Shown: positions 19,996 through 31,493 of the stretch, one piece after another | Layout: every line of letters begins with the position of its first letter | How positions within the stretch are numbered: the stretch's first letter is position 1 | NCBI GenBank assembly: GCA_021812985.1 | Contig: JAKAMG010000010.1 | Span: forward strand, 7,853-71,852 | Length of the DNA: 64,000 bases | Direction: 5' to 3' | Source: Bacteroidota bacterium | GTDB lineage: Bacteria; Bacteroidota; Ignavibacteria; Kryptoniales; JAKASW01 | Made by a program: the position numbers and the translations under genes | The notes under the pieces: model-generated | Databases searched by the model: none | What the model was told of the DNA's origin: nothing | The model's input: the letters and a program-made list of their open reading frames with translations, nothing else

Positions 19996-21189
19996 GTGCA
20001 AAGCGGGACCTCCTTCTCGAGTCGAGAGTTTTTCTACTTTACACCCCCACTGTCTTTAGATAATCCATCTGAATCCCAGGCATACCTCACTAGAAGAATA
20101 GTCCTTTCGATCGTCGGAGCCATTGTCACCCTTGCGTATCTGACGGTCGTCTCCTTCACAGACGCGAGGGGCCCATTCATCAGTATCGCCGGCGCATCAG
20201 GAAACATCTATATATCGTTCCTCATTTTCGCTTTCGCCCTCCAGATTGCGCTCTCTCTTCTGAAATCGCCATTGGAGTTTTATTCCGATTTCCTCCTCGA
20301 GCACAGGTACGGTCTGTCCAACCAGAAATTCCTGACATGGCTCTTCAGAAAGCTCAAGGCCATGCTTGTCGGATGGGTTTTTCTCGTGGTCATTCTAACC
20401 GCATTCTATTTCCTCCTTGTGAACTTCCCGGGCACGTGGTGGCTTATGTTCGCCGGCTTCTTCTTTCTGTTCCAGATACTGGTCGCGCAGCTATTTCCGA
20501 CGCTGATTCTCCCATTGTTCTACAAGCTGAAACCGCTCGATAACGAGCCGCTGAATTCCCGTCTGAGGTCGCTGGTGGAGAAATCCGGATACAAGATGAG
20601 CGGAGTCTATTCTTTCGACCTAAGCCGTGAGACAAAAAAAGCGAACGCGGCGCTTACCGGACTTGGGAGGAGCCGCAGGATAATAATCAGCGACACGCTG
20701 CTCGGGAACTTCTCGGACGACGAAATAGAAGTAGTGCTGGCGCACGAGCTGGGTCACCTGGTAAAGCACCATATGATGAAAGGGATTCTCGTCAGCGCGG
20801 TGGTGAGTCTCTTGGGATTCTCTATCATGGCACACATTTATTCCGGTTACGCGTCGCGCCTCGGGCTCCCCCTTCAGAGCCTCGCGGCAATCCCGTTCCT
20901 GGCCCTGATCGTCGCGATCTTTGGCATGCTCGCGATGCCTTTGGGTAACCTGTACTCAAGGAGGATCGAACACGAGGCAGACACGTTCGCCATTTCAGAG
21001 ACGGGCATGAGGAATGTGTTCGCCGATTCGATGAGAAAGCTTGGGCGGCTCAACCTCACGCCTGAAAATCCTCCTGCATGGATGGAGAAGATTTTCTTTA
21101 GTCATCCCTCTATAGGGGCGCGAATCAGGTTCGCCCTTGGGACGGATGAGAAACCGCACGGTACCGGCGTGGGCGAGGTCGGGACATGA
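19996..21189 (+). CDS. M48 (Ste24/CAAX protease-like) membrane zinc metalloprotease
   Basis: NAALTGLG..RRIIISDTL, AHELGH, EHEADTFA, SHPSIGARI; multiple TM helices; start uncertain. Confidence 0.88.
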   Translation: MQSGTSFSSREFFYFTPPLSLDNPSESQAYLTRRIVLSIVGAIVTLAYLTVVSFTDARGPFISIAGASGNIYISFLIFAFALQIALSLLKSPLEFYSDFLLEHRYGLSNQKFLTWLFRKLKAMLVGWVFLVVILTAFYFLLVNFPGTWWLMFAGFFFLFQILVAQLFPTLILPLFYKLKPLDNEPLNSRLRSLVEKSGYKMSGVYSFDLSRETKKANAALTGLGRSRRIIISDTLLGNFSDDEIEVVLAHELGHLVKHHMMKGILVSAVVSLLGFSIMAHIYSGYASRLGLPLQSLAAIPFLALIVAIFGMLAMPLGNLYSRRIEHEADTFAISETGMRNVFADSMRKLGRLNLTPENPPAWMEKIFFSHPSIGARIRFALGTDEKPHGTGVGEVGT

Positions 21190-21923
21190 GATTCCTTGTT
21201 GGCTCGCTCACGGCAGCGATCATGACGCTCATTTTTGGCGTTTTTTACGCCATTTCAATCCCTTTCGACCGCAACCACCGCTCCTTCTCGTTCATAGCGT
21301 ACTGGTGGTCCAGGGCCGTTTTCGCCGTGACCGGTGTCAGCGTGCGTGTTGAAGGCCTCGACCTCCTCGACAAGTCACGGCCATACATCTACGTCTCCAA
21401 TCACGCGAGCCTCTTTGACATAACGGCCGTTGTCCTGGCGATCGACCGGCGCGTGCGCTTCGTGGCAAAGAGGGAGGTCGCAAGAGTACCGATATTCGGC
21501 TGGGCAGCCGCGAGAGAAAACGTAATGCTGGACAGAAAGAGCGGCACCGACTCGGCTCATGGACTTCAGAAAGCGGCCGGGAGGATCGCCCTGGGCCAGA
21601 GCGTGATCGTATTCGCGGAGGGAACTCGGACTAGGGACGGCAACTTACTTCCCTTCAAGCGGGGAGCCTTCCTCCTCGCGACTCAGGCGGGCGTCCCAGT
21701 GGTTCCGTTGACTATACTGGGCAGTTACCGCATCATGAAAAAGGGACATCTGCACGTCAACAAAGGAGTCATAACTATCGTGGTACACCAACCGGTGGAT
21801 GTGACCCCGTTCAGAGGAAGACACGGTGCCATGGAACTTATGCAGAGGGTACGAGATATCATCGAGCGGACGTACACTAAGGCGGGCCATGCCGGCCTGC
21901 AGCCGACACTGCTCGGAAGCTGA
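21186..21923 (+). CDS. plsC: 1-acyl-sn-glycerol-3-phosphate acyltransferase
   Basis: NHASLFD, FVAKRE, FAEGTRT, PFKRGAF, VPVVP motifs. Confidence 0.85.
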   Translation: MRFLVGSLTAAIMTLIFGVFYAISIPFDRNHRSFSFIAYWWSRAVFAVTGVSVRVEGLDLLDKSRPYIYVSNHASLFDITAVVLAIDRRVRFVAKREVARVPIFGWAAARENVMLDRKSGTDSAHGLQKAAGRIALGQSVIVFAEGTRTRDGNLLPFKRGAFLLATQAGVPVVPLTILGSYRIMKKGHLHVNKGVITIVVHQPVDVTPFRGRHGAMELMQRVRDIIERTYTKAGHAGLQPTLLGS

Positions 21924-21959
21924 TGAAGAGGAAACAGAAAGGATGACAGGAGAAACAGG

Positions 21960-22250
21960 ATGGACGTTACAATAAAAGATGTCGAGCATATCGCGAAGCT
22001 CGCAAAACTGAACTTCTCTGATGAAGAGAAGGAGAAATTTACGGCACAATTCAACGAGATACTTTCGTTCATGCAGAAGCTGGACGAGCTCGACACATCG
22101 AAAGTCGAGCCGCTCTCACATGTGATTGAACTCGAAAACGTGATGAGGGAAGATGTAGTGAAACCGTCTCTGCCGACCGGGGATGCGCTCAAGAACGCGC
22201 CCTCGAAGACAGACAAGTTCTTCAAAGTGCCCAAGGTCATCGAGAGGTAG
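21960..22250 (+). CDS. gatC: Asp/Glu-tRNA amidotransferase subunit C
   Basis: VEHIAKLAKL, LDELDT..VEPL, NVMRED, FFKVPKVI. Confidence 0.93.
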   Translation: MDVTIKDVEHIAKLAKLNFSDEEKEKFTAQFNEILSFMQKLDELDTSKVEPLSHVIELENVMREDVVKPSLPTGDALKNAPSKTDKFFKVPKVIER

Positions 22251-22309
22251 AATAATGCCGGACATGACTTATCCTCGCGTCATCGAAACGTGGAAAATCG
22301 CGAGCCACA

Positions 22310-23086
22310 ATGGCTGACCGGTCAAAGGCAGTGGCCATCATCCCTGCCCGTTATGCGTCTACGCGTTTCCCCGGGAAACCACTCGCCTTGATAGGAGGTG
22401 TCACGATGATACAGCGAGTGTATGAGCGTGTCAGCATGGCGAAGCTGGTTGGGGAAGTCTACGTGGCAACCGACGACAAGAGGATAGCAGAGGTGGTCGA
22501 AGGGTTCGGTGGAAAGCACGTTATGACATCCCCAGCCCTGAGGAGCGGAACTGACCGCTGCGCCGCGGCCGCAAGGAAAATCAAAGGGGACATCATCGCG
22601 AACATACAGGGTGACGAACCATTCATATCACCTAAGACGATCGACGCGGCCATATCCGCACTTCTAAAATCGCCAGACGGCATGATGTCCACGGCCGCGA
22701 TTCGAATCAAGGATCCCGAACTGTTGACATCTGAGAATGTTGTAAAAGTAGTAACAGACAGGAACGGTAACGCACTCTACTTCAGCAGGGCGGTCATCCC
22801 TCATTTACGAGGGAAGTCAAGCCGCGAGTATGTTTCCGGCTTCCCTTTCCTCAAACACCTCGGCATTTACATTTACAGGCGAGATTTCCTTCAAAAGCTC
22901 ACGAAATTCGCCGCGACGCCACTCGAATTAGCTGAGAAACTGGAACAGCTGAGAGTACTGGAGAACGGCTACCCCATCAGGGTTGCGGTTGTCAAGGAAG
23001 AGAGCATATCTGTCGATGTCCCGTCGGACATCGCCGCCGCGGAGAAACACATAATGAACTTAACCTCAAAAGCAAAGAGGAACTGA
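22310..23086 (+). CDS. kdsB: 3-deoxy-manno-octulosonate cytidylyltransferase
   Basis: [46 protein letters not shown]. Confidence 0.95.
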   Translation: MADRSKAVAIIPARYASTRFPGKPLALIGGVTMIQRVYERVSMAKLVGEVYVATDDKRIAEVVEGFGGKHVMTSPALRSGTDRCAAAARKIKGDIIANIQGDEPFISPKTIDAAISALLKSPDGMMSTAAIRIKDPELLTSENVVKVVTDRNGNALYFSRAVIPHLRGKSSREYVSGFPFLKHLGIYIYRRDFLQKLTKFAATPLELAEKLEQLRVLENGYPIRVAVVKEESISVDVPSDIAAAEKHIMNLTSKAKRN

Positions 23087-23087
23087 A

Positions 23088-24704
23088 TTGGCAAAGAATA
23101 ACATTAAGTATATTTTTGTAACAGGCGGCGTGGTTTCGTCGCTCGGAAAGGGGATCGCCGCCGCATCGCTCGGTCTCCTCCTGAAATCAAGGGGCCTCAG
23201 GGTCGCCATGCAGAAATTTGACCCATACATAAACGTCGACGCGGGAACGATGAACCCGTTCCAGCACGGAGAGGTCTACGTAACGGATGACGGCGCCGAG
23301 ACTGACCTCGACCTCGGGCACTACGAGCGGTTTCTCGACATTACAACCACACGCGCCAGCAACACCACCACCGGCCAAGTCTACTACGAAGTGATCTCGA
23401 AGGAGAGGCGCGGCGACTATCTGGGCGCTACCGTCCAGGTCGTCCCCCACGTCACCGACGAGATAAAGAGGAGATTCTCGGCACCTTATGAGAACGGCAA
23501 CTACGATGTCGTCATCACCGAAATAGGCGGCACGGTCGGAGACATAGAAGGTCTTCCCTTCCTTGAGGCAATGAGACAGTTCATGCTGAAGGTGGGAAAG
23601 AAGAACGCGCTCAACATACATGTCACGCTCGTTCCCTACATCGAGGCTGCAGGCGAGATCAAGACGAAGCCGACTCAGCACAGCGTCAAGAGCCTGCTGG
23701 AAATCGGAGTTCAGCCCGAGATCCTCATCTGCAGAACCTCCAAGCGCATAACGCGCGACGTCAAAGAGAAGATAGCCATGTTCACGAACATCGAGCCGGA
23801 TTCGGTCATCGAGGGAAGGGACGTAGAGACGATTTACGAGATGCCCCTCATACTGAGGAAGCAGAGGCTCGATCAGATAGTCATGCAGAAACTGAACCTG
23901 CGCGCGAAGGAGCCAGCCCTTTCGGACTGGGAAGAGCTTGTCCAACGCATAAAGAACCCGAAGCACACGGTGAAGATAGGGGTATGCGGCAAGTATACTG
24001 ATCTCCTCGACGCTTACAAGAGCATAAGAGAATCCTTCATACACGCCGGAGCGGAGAACGAAGCGAAGGTGGAACTGAAATGGGTGGCCGCCGAGGCGGT
24101 TGAGAAGGAGGGCGCCCAAGCACTTTTATCTGATGTCGACGGCCTCCTCGTACCTGGCGGGTTTGGCGAACGCGGAATAGAAGGGATGATAAAGGCGATA
24201 CAATTCGCGAGAGAGAGTAAGCTCCCTTACTTCGGAATCTGCCTCGGTATGCAGACGGCGATCATAGAATTTGCCAGGCATGTCGTGGGATGGAAGGACG
24301 CCAACTCCACTGAATTCAAGAAAACCCAGCACAGTGTCATAGACATCATGCCCGGACAGAAGAACGTCAAGGAAAAGGGGGGCACGATGAGACTGGGCGC
24401 TTATATCTGCATGCTCCAGAAAGGAACAAAGGCATACCAGGCATACGGCACGGAGGTCATCAGCGAACGCCACAGGCATAGATTCGAAGTAAACAACAAG
24501 TTCAGGAGGAGGCTGGCGGATGAAGGGATGAAGTTCAGCGGACTCTCCCCAGACAGCGAGCTCGTCGAAATGGTAGAGCTTCCCGACCACCCCTGGTTTG
24601 TGGGATGTCAATTCCATCCTGAGTTGAAGTCACGCGCCACAAAGGCTCATCCTCTCTTCAGAGAGTTCGTCAGGGCGACCGTTGAACACCTTCACAAGGG
24701 TTGA
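23088..24704 (+). CDS. pyrG: CTP synthase
   Basis: [38 protein letters not shown]; TTG start. Confidence 0.97.
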   Translation: MAKNNIKYIFVTGGVVSSLGKGIAAASLGLLLKSRGLRVAMQKFDPYINVDAGTMNPFQHGEVYVTDDGAETDLDLGHYERFLDITTTRASNTTTGQVYYEVISKERRGDYLGATVQVVPHVTDEIKRRFSAPYENGNYDVVITEIGGTVGDIEGLPFLEAMRQFMLKVGKKNALNIHVTLVPYIEAAGEIKTKPTQHSVKSLLEIGVQPEILICRTSKRITRDVKEKIAMFTNIEPDSVIEGRDVETIYEMPLILRKQRLDQIVMQKLNLRAKEPALSDWEELVQRIKNPKHTVKIGVCGKYTDLLDAYKSIRESFIHAGAENEAKVELKWVAAEAVEKEGAQALLSDVDGLLVPGGFGERGIEGMIKAIQFARESKLPYFGICLGMQTAIIEFARHVVGWKDANSTEFKKTQHSVIDIMPGQKNVKEKGGTMRLGAYICMLQKGTKAYQAYGTEVISERHRHRFEVNNKFRRRLADEGMKFSGLSPDSELVEMVELPDHPWFVGCQFHPELKSRATKAHPLFREFVRATVEHLHKG

Positions 24705-24744
24705 CTTTGAATTCAGTCTGAGCCGCGCCATTCGATGACGCAGT

Positions 24745-24773
24745 AAGGCCCCGGAATCTTCCGGGGCTTTTTT
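24745..24773. terminator. Rho-independent terminator between convergent pyrG and hypothetical gene
   Basis: AAGGCCCCGGAA-TC-TTCCGGGGC followed by T6. Confidence 0.8.
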
Positions 24774-24774
24774 G

Positions 24775-25326
24775 TCACTTCGCCTTTGCAATGGAGTAGC
24801 CGATAATTATCCCCACCCTGCTCCCAGAAGGGCTGGTCGCCCAGACCAGATCGATCGGTATACTAACTCCGCCGTAGTTGAAGCTCTTCCCGATGGCCGT
24901 CACCAACGCGCTGTTTACCCCCTTCTCTCCCCCCACCAGAATGTTCGGCCCCAGGCCAAACTCGAAACCGTTTGGAAATCTCACGCCGAGGGCAAGGCTG
25001 GCGCTCGGGATGAGTGTTCCATATTCCACTCCGGCAACAAGAGGGACGAACTGGACCGCGAACATTGGCCCGCCTCCCTGTGGTACGACCAGATATTCGA
25101 AATGCCAGCCGAACTGACTCATGAACGAACCGAGCCCGCGCGACTTCAGGCTCTGGCCGAGAGCCCCGCTGTTGGGGACAAAAGTAATCCCAAGGCGGGG
25201 ACCACCGAGGTTTCGTTCGGCAAACTCCGTCTCGCCTTCGGGTATGCTGTACTGTGCCGCGACTGGCGAACAGATGAGCGCAATTACCGCAAGCGATGCG
25301 ACCATTGAACATGTCAATCTTCTCAT
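24775..25326 (-). CDS. Secreted hypothetical protein, probable small outer-membrane beta-barrel
   Basis: AGGAGG RBS, signal peptide MRRLTCSMVASLAVIALICSPVAA, alternating Gly/aromatic beta-strands (GPRLGITF, SQFGWHFE, FEFGLGP). Confidence 0.6.
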   Translation of the reverse strand: MRRLTCSMVASLAVIALICSPVAAQYSIPEGETEFAERNLGGPRLGITFVPNSGALGQSLKSRGLGSFMSQFGWHFEYLVVPQGGGPMFAVQFVPLVAGVEYGTLIPSASLALGVRFPNGFEFGLGPNILVGGEKGVNSALVTAIGKSFNYGGVSIPIDLVWATSPSGSRVGIIIGYSIAKAK

Positions 25327-25632
25327 TTCAAACCTCCTTCGGTTAGGATTCTCTTGTTCTGAACATGAGAATCTAACGGCACACCGCCAGGAGCTTGTCA
25401 ATGATTTGTAAAACATATACAATGATTTTGCTGGTCGAAGGATTTGATCAGGATTTAGGGCAGATATGGCCACGGGGTGAGTCAAAGCCGGCGTGAATCT
25501 CCGCTTTTATTTTAGGGCTCGGAATGGTAATTTTTACAACGAATTCAGTGAAGAGGACAAGTGACAAACATGCCAAGGAAATGTTCGGCCTTGTTCCCGC
25601 GCACGATATGAACGGAATTGGAGGCTAACTCA

Positions 25633-26286
25633 ATGAAATTCTTTATAGACACCGCGAACCTCGACGAAATCAAGGAAGCCGCTGAGCTCGGCGTGCTCGA
25701 TGGAGTCACAACCAATCCCAGCCTTGTGGCGAAAGAAAAATACGACATCAGTTTCAAGGAGCTGATCGGGGAAATCTGCAAAATAGTTCCGGGTCCCGTC
25801 AGTGCGGAAGTCGTATCCACAGATGTCGAAGGGATGATGAAGGAGGCGCATGAGCTCGCAAAGATCGCCAAGAACGTAGTAATTAAGATACCGCTCATAA
25901 AGGACGGACTGAAAGCGGTAAAGCGTCTGAAGTCTGAGGGGATCAAGACAAACGTGACCCTCTGCTTCTCGCCAAACCAGGCACTTCTCGCCGCAAAGGC
26001 GGGCGCTTCATTCATAAGCCCGTTCATCGGAAGACTCGATGACATAAGCACCGAAGGGATGGAATTGATCGAGCAAATCGTCACGATATACGGGAATTAC
26101 GGCTTCGAAACCGAAGTGCTCGTCGCAAGCGTGAGGCACCCGATGCATGTGGTACAGGCCGCGCTCCTCGGAGCCGACGTAGTTACGATGCCCTTCAAGG
26201 TAATAGACCAGCTCATCAAGCACCCCCTGACGGACATCGGTCTTCAGAAATTTCTCGACGATTGGAAAAAAGTGAACAGCAAATGA
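25633..26286 (+). CDS. Transaldolase / fructose-6-phosphate aldolase (TalC/Fsa family)
   Basis: [23 protein letters not shown] (Schiff-base Lys), [24 protein letters not shown]. Confidence 0.92.
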   Translation: MKFFIDTANLDEIKEAAELGVLDGVTTNPSLVAKEKYDISFKELIGEICKIVPGPVSAEVVSTDVEGMMKEAHELAKIAKNVVIKIPLIKDGLKAVKRLKSEGIKTNVTLCFSPNQALLAAKAGASFISPFIGRLDDISTEGMELIEQIVTIYGNYGFETEVLVASVRHPMHVVQAALLGADVVTMPFKVIDQLIKHPLTDIGLQKFLDDWKKVNSK

Positions 26287-27371
26287 AGAAGACCCCTTTC
26301 AACGAAATTCACAGGCAGCTCGGCGCCAAACTCGTAGAGTTCGCCGGCTTCGAGATGCCGGTACAGTATTCCGGCATAGTCCAGGAACACAAACAGGTCC
26401 GTCAGAGCGTCGGCGTGTTCGACGTCTCCCACATGGGCGAATTCTTCGTGAAGGGAAAAGACGCGGAAACGTTCCTTCAGAGAAACACGCTGAACGACGT
26501 CACGAAGTTGGCCCCGGGAAGGGCTCAATACACCGCACTTGTGAACGAAAAGGGCCTTCTTCTCGACGACCTCATAGTCTACAGGTTCGCGAACTCATAT
26601 ATGATAGTGGCGAACGCCTCGAACATCGATAAGGATTTCGCCGCTTTCTCTTCGAGGAGGAACGGGGACGTGTCGCTCGAGAACGCAAGCGACGAAACGG
26701 CGCTCCTGTCCGTCCAGGGACCGAACTCCGTAGCCACTCTGAAGAAACTGACAGAGGTCGATCTGTCCGCGATACCGTACTACCACTTCGTCGAAGGAAA
26801 AATTTCCGGCATGGATGCGATCATTTCGAGAACGGGTTACACGGGAGAAGTTGGGTTCGAGATATTTTTCAAGGCCGACGGCGATAAATGCGGAAAGATG
26901 TGGAATTCGATATTCGACGCCGGAAAGGAATTCGGCATACTCCCAATCGGGCTCGGCGCGAGAGACACTCTCAGGCTCGAGATGGGCTATTGCCTCTACG
27001 GAAACGACATCGACGAGACGACCAACCCGATCGAGGCGGGACTTGGCTGGATCACGAAGGTGGACAAGGGTGAGTTCGTCGGGAAAAACGCGATAGTGAA
27101 GGCGAAGGAAAACCTAACGCGGAAACTCGTCGGCTTCGTCATGGATGAAAACGCGATACCCCGCCACGGCTATTCCATTTACAACCAGGCCGGAGAGAAA
27201 GCGGGTGTCGTGACGAGCGGGACATTCTCACCGACACTCGAGACAGGTCTCGGGATGGGTTACGTGGAAACCTCCGCCGCCGCCGTAAACAATCAGATAT
27301 TTGTGGACATTCGCGGGAAGCGGGCACGCGCCCATGTCGTAAAGCTTCCGTTCGTCGCGAAGAAGAATTGA
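26283..27371 (+). CDS. gcvT: Glycine cleavage system aminomethyltransferase T
   Basis: [38 protein letters not shown]; ATGA overlap with upstream gene. Confidence 0.96.
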   Translation: MKKTPFNEIHRQLGAKLVEFAGFEMPVQYSGIVQEHKQVRQSVGVFDVSHMGEFFVKGKDAETFLQRNTLNDVTKLAPGRAQYTALVNEKGLLLDDLIVYRFANSYMIVANASNIDKDFAAFSSRRNGDVSLENASDETALLSVQGPNSVATLKKLTEVDLSAIPYYHFVEGKISGMDAIISRTGYTGEVGFEIFFKADGDKCGKMWNSIFDAGKEFGILPIGLGARDTLRLEMGYCLYGNDIDETTNPIEAGLGWITKVDKGEFVGKNAIVKAKENLTRKLVGFVMDENAIPRHGYSIYNQAGEKAGVVTSGTFSPTLETGLGMGYVETSAAAVNNQIFVDIRGKRARAHVVKLPFVAKKN

Positions 27372-27379
27372 GAGAATAG

Positions 27380-28138
27380 ATGAAGATTGAAGTTTTCTTT
27401 TCGCCCGCGGGGGTGGACGAGCTCAGTATGCGCGGCCGCAACGTGGTCATAATTGATGTCCTCCGGGCGACAAGCACCATCTGCACCGCTCTTCGCAACG
27501 GTGCCCGGGAAATTATTCCTACAGCAGACATAGAGAACGCTACAAAGATAGCTGCAAACCTAAGCGGCGCTTCGAGACTCCTCGGAGGCGAGCGACAGGG
27601 GAAAAAGATTGACGGTTTTGATCTCGGCAATTCCCCTTCCGAATACGCCCCCGAAAGAGTTTCCGGAAAGACGATAATATTCACGACGACGAACGGCGCG
27701 GGCGCCATCTACAAATGCAGATACGCCTCGACCGCACTCATCGGCAGCTTCTTGAACATGTCCGCCATAGTCAACGCCATCGTGGAGATAGGCGGCACGT
27801 GGACGATACTCTGTTCAGGGAGGCAGGGAGCTTTTTCCGTGGAGGACGCCACTTGCGCCGGAATGATCATTTCACAGGTCCAGGCATTGACGGACGTCGA
27901 CACTGAAGATGCAGGCCTGACCGCTGTCATCCTTTACAAGAATTACAAGAGAAGCATTCTTGGAATGATGAAAAAGTCGATGCACGGAAAGTACCTCATG
28001 TCTATCGGGTTCGGCGACGACCTCGCCCTCTGCTCGTCTGTCGACAGCGTCCCTGTCGTGCCCGCAGTCAACGGCGTTGAAGTAAAGCTGCGGCAGCCCG
28101 CGACCGAAACCGCGTCAAAACCGGAACAACCAAGTTAG
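27380..28138 (+). CDS. 2-phosphosulfolactate phosphatase (ComB) family protein
   Basis: IDVLRATSTI, GERQGKKIDGFDLGNSP, TTTNG, EDATCAG. Confidence 0.88.
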   Translation: MKIEVFFSPAGVDELSMRGRNVVIIDVLRATSTICTALRNGAREIIPTADIENATKIAANLSGASRLLGGERQGKKIDGFDLGNSPSEYAPERVSGKTIIFTTTNGAGAIYKCRYASTALIGSFLNMSAIVNAIVEIGGTWTILCSGRQGAFSVEDATCAGMIISQVQALTDVDTEDAGLTAVILYKNYKRSILGMMKKSMHGKYLMSIGFGDDLALCSSVDSVPVVPAVNGVEVKLRQPATETASKPEQPS

Positions 28139-28144
28139 AGGCAA

Positions 28145-30652
28145 ATGGCCGAAGAAAAAGAGACTCAGGAGAAAAACGGCAAGAAGAAAAAGCAGCAGAA
28201 GAAATCACTTCGGACCGAAGTGGTCAACTTCTCGCTCATCATTGTTTCCATACTCGTCGGCCTGAGCATACTTTCATTCTCGCCTGCCGATGACGCCAGA
28301 TCGGAAATCGGTTTCTTCGATACGTTCAAGCTCCTTCTCGGAGATGAAAGCGTAAGGTCAAAAGCCGACACCATTCACAACTGGCTTGGCATATTCGGTG
28401 CCTACATTGCCAACTTCTTCGTAAACTCTACCCTCGGATATTTCTCCATAGCCTTTCCGATAATCCTCCTCCTCTTCAGCTGGACGGCACTGCTGAAAAG
28501 AGAGTATTCGAAGACCGCGAGAGCCAGCACGATGATCCTCCTCTACGCCCTGATGATTTCCGTATTCTCAGGTTACCTGAAGACTTTGTTCGGGACTGAT
28601 CAGTACGGAAAGGAGTGGTACGGAGTGATAGGGCAGTTTGTGTCGCTAGCCCTCGTCAGAGCATTCGGCGCGGTCGGCGGAGGAGGGGTAATCTTCATAC
28701 TGATTTTCGCCCTCATCGTTTTCACGCTGAAAATCTCGCCCCGCGAGCTTTTGGACATGCTCAGTTCCGGGGCTGAATGGCTTCTCGGCTACCTGAAGGG
28801 CCTCCTGTCATCTGTAGCGGGAGCAGGCAGGAAGGACGCCGGAGACGTGAAGATAGTCAAGCCTCAGGCCGAAAAGGGGACCGTTTCAAAGGGAGAAGCC
28901 GCTCCGGTGAAGATTGTGCGGGAGGATGCGAAGCCAAAACAGGATACGAGCCTGATAGACGAGGCAAAAGAACTTGTCAAGCGTGCCCTGCCGAAGCAGG
29001 AACTCCCTGAAGACGAGGACCAAGAACTGGAAGGCGAGCCCGAGAGTGAAGAGGAGGCCGGGGTCGAAGGGGAAGAAGAAATTAAACGTCGCCCCGCGGC
29101 GCCCAGGATGCCGGCAGGAATGCGCGCGTCCGGCGAAACTTTCGATACAGAGAATGTCGACGAGGACATAGACTACAACTTTCCCCCTCAGGATCTCCTC
29201 GACGTACCGGTGGAGGTCGACAAAATTTCGGACGAAGAACTCCGGGCAAACGCGGACCTTCTCCGCTCAAAGCTGGAAGTGTTCGACATTCAGATTGAGA
29301 GCGTCAGCGTGATACCCGGTCCGGTAGTGACATTGTATGAGCTCGTCCCGGCGCAGGGGGTCAAGATCAGCCGCATTACGAGTTTGGCAGACGACCTCGC
29401 ACTGGCCCTCCAGGCACGCGGTATAAGAATAATAGCCCCGATCCCCGGCAAGGGGGCTGTTGGCGTCGAGATTCCGAACAAGAAGCCTCAGATGGTTAAG
29501 TTCAGGAGTATAGTCGCTTCTCCCAAGTTCAAGGACATCAGATTCAACCTCCCGCTCGCCATGGGAAAGACGACCACCGGCGAAGTGGTAGTAGATGACC
29601 TCTCGAAGATGCCGCATCTGCTCATCGCAGGCGCGACGGGATCCGGAAAGAGCGTCGGAATCAACACGATCATGATGAGCATGATCTACAAGCTTCACCC
29701 GAAGGATATCAAGTTCCTTATCATCGACCCGAAGAAGATCGAGCTCTCGCTCTACAGGAGCCTGAAGAACCATTTCCTCGCCGTCACGCCGGACGTTGAC
29801 GAAGAGATTATAACGGAGTCAAGCAACGCGGTGCTCGCACTAAAGGCGGCCGAGGCCGAAATGGACAAGCGCTATGGAATTCTTGCAAAGGCCGGCGTCA
29901 GAAACATTCAGGATTACAACAAGAAGCTCGAGGAAGGAAAGCTCAAGGACACAGACGAGATCAGGTTCACGAGACTTCCATACATAGTGGTATTCGTTGA
30001 CGAGCTCGCAGACCTGATGCTGACGGCCGCACGAGAAGTGGAAGACCCGATAACGCGCCTCGCCCAGCTGGCGCGTGCGATCGGCATACACCTCGTGCTG
30101 GCCACACAGCGCCCATCTGTCGACGTCATCACGGGACTTATCAAGGCGAACTTCCCCGCCCGAATTGCCTATCAGGTCGCCTCACGCATCGATTCGAGGA
30201 CCATACTCGACCAGAACGGCGCGGAACAACTCCTCGGAAACGGCGATATGCTCTACCTCGCCGCCGGGAGCTCAAAGCCCGAGAGAATACAGAATTCGTT
30301 CCTCTCAACCGAAGAGGTCGAGAAGGTCGTGGACTACATCTCCAAACAGCAGGGCTTCTCAAAACCATACCAGCTTCCTTCTATCCTGAACAGGAAGAAG
30401 GGGGGCGGAGGACTAGCCGCCGAGTTCGACGAGATGTTCGAAGAGGCCGCCATTCTTGTCGTAAGGCATCAGCAGGCCTCGACGTCCTTCCTGCAGAGAA
30501 GGCTTAAGCTCGGATACGGAAGAGCCGCCCGTGTAATCGACGAGCTCGAGTCAGCCGGCGTCATCGGCCCGTTCGAAGGGAGCAAGGGGAGAGAAGTTCT
30601 TCTCGAAAGCGAGGAGGCCCTCAACGACAAGCTCCGCGAACTCGGGATGTGA
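28145..30652 (+). CDS. ftsK: DNA translocase FtsK/SpoIIIE
   Basis: N-terminal TM domain, PHLLIAGATGSGKS, DELADLM, ATQRPS, gamma domain LQRRLKLGYGRAAR. Confidence 0.96.
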   Translation: MAEEKETQEKNGKKKKQQKKSLRTEVVNFSLIIVSILVGLSILSFSPADDARSEIGFFDTFKLLLGDESVRSKADTIHNWLGIFGAYIANFFVNSTLGYFSIAFPIILLLFSWTALLKREYSKTARASTMILLYALMISVFSGYLKTLFGTDQYGKEWYGVIGQFVSLALVRAFGAVGGGGVIFILIFALIVFTLKISPRELLDMLSSGAEWLLGYLKGLLSSVAGAGRKDAGDVKIVKPQAEKGTVSKGEAAPVKIVREDAKPKQDTSLIDEAKELVKRALPKQELPEDEDQELEGEPESEEEAGVEGEEEIKRRPAAPRMPAGMRASGETFDTENVDEDIDYNFPPQDLLDVPVEVDKISDEELRANADLLRSKLEVFDIQIESVSVIPGPVVTLYELVPAQGVKISRITSLADDLALALQARGIRIIAPIPGKGAVGVEIPNKKPQMVKFRSIVASPKFKDIRFNLPLAMGKTTTGEVVVDDLSKMPHLLIAGATGSGKSVGINTIMMSMIYKLHPKDIKFLIIDPKKIELSLYRSLKNHFLAVTPDVDEEIITESSNAVLALKAAEAEMDKRYGILAKAGVRNIQDYNKKLEEGKLKDTDEIRFTRLPYIVVFVDELADLMLTAAREVEDPITRLAQLARAIGIHLVLATQRPSVDVITGLIKANFPARIAYQVASRIDSRTILDQNGAEQLLGNGDMLYLAAGSSKPERIQNSFLSTEEVEKVVDYISKQQGFSKPYQLPSILNRKKGGGGLAAEFDEMFEEAAILVVRHQQASTSFLQRRLKLGYGRAARVIDELESAGVIGPFEGSKGREVLLESEEALNDKLRELGM

Positions 30653-30765
30653 GCCGGCCAACTAAGCCGACAATCATCTCTCCAATCCGAACCGATGAGA
30701 CGACCTGTTTCATGTGGACAGCATCTTTGATGGAACAGAGACAGCCGCTGTCAGCAGTTGCTAGC

Positions 30766-30794
30766 TTGAATGTTTTTGCCATGAACAGTATAGT
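30766..30794 (+). promoter_or_regulatory. sigma70-type promoter upstream of lolA
   Basis: TTGAAT-17 bp-TATAGT. Confidence 0.5.
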
Positions 30795-30809
30795 TCGAAA
30801 AAGCCCAAT

Positions 30810-31451
30810 ATGAGAAAATTCCTGACGTTTTTAACTGTCGTTGCGGCGACAGCCCTCCCCGCCCTCGCCGGCACCCCGACCGCGGGGGAAATCGTAAAGC
30901 ACATACAGGACAAGTACAGCCGAACCGACGATGCCACGATAAGTTTTACACAGACGGTCGTCTTCCCTCTCTCAAAGATCTCGAAGACCACGCGGGGAAC
31001 CCTTCTTTTAAAGAAGGGGAACAAGTACAGGATAAACACCGACGACAAGACGATGGTCACCGACGGAAAGACATCCTGGGTATACCTTCCCGGTTCACAG
31101 CAGGTCCTGATCGACAAATTCCGCGACGACAAGAACACAGTCACCCCCGACAAGTTTCTTCTCAGCGTTCCGTCTGATTATTTCGCGGTGCTCCTATCCA
31201 CGAAAGAGACAGCCGACGGTGACGAGTACACTCTGAGGCTTACGCCGAAAAGCGACGACTCGTTCATACGCTCGATCAGGATAGTCATAGACAGCAGCTG
31301 GGCTGTGAAGAGCGCGGAGGTGTCGGACATGAACGATACTAAATACACATACACCGTTGAGAGCCTGAAGATAAACACAGGGCTCCCCGACTCCGATTTC
31401 GAGTTCATCCCCCCAAAAGGCGCGCAGGTCGTCGACCTTCGCCAGCACTGA
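30810..31451 (+). CDS. lolA: Outer membrane lipoprotein carrier LolA family
   Basis: Signal peptide, FTQ..G.L..K...YRI, VTDGKTSWVY, FEFIPPKGAQVVD; follows ftsK as is typical. Confidence 0.82.
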   Translation: MRKFLTFLTVVAATALPALAGTPTAGEIVKHIQDKYSRTDDATISFTQTVVFPLSKISKTTRGTLLLKKGNKYRINTDDKTMVTDGKTSWVYLPGSQQVLIDKFRDDKNTVTPDKFLLSVPSDYFAVLLSTKETADGDEYTLRLTPKSDDSFIRSIRIVIDSSWAVKSAEVSDMNDTKYTYTVESLKINTGLPDSDFEFIPPKGAQVVDLRQH

Positions 31452-31493
31452 CGGGCAAATCATAAAATTGAAGAAGCGAATCTCGGAAGGCTC

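Noticed and set aside
22310-24704. kdsB-pyrG without a following kdsA
   Set aside because: Gene order varies widely; kdsA is probably elsewhere
27380-28138. ComB homolog as a sign of coenzyme M synthesis
   Set aside because: The family is widespread in bacteria as a generic phosphatase; no other com genes are present
30783-30796. GAAC-N6-GTTC palindrome over the lolA -10 as a second LexA site
   Set aside because: Spacer differs from the N4 box at 60542; a short match that is likely chance
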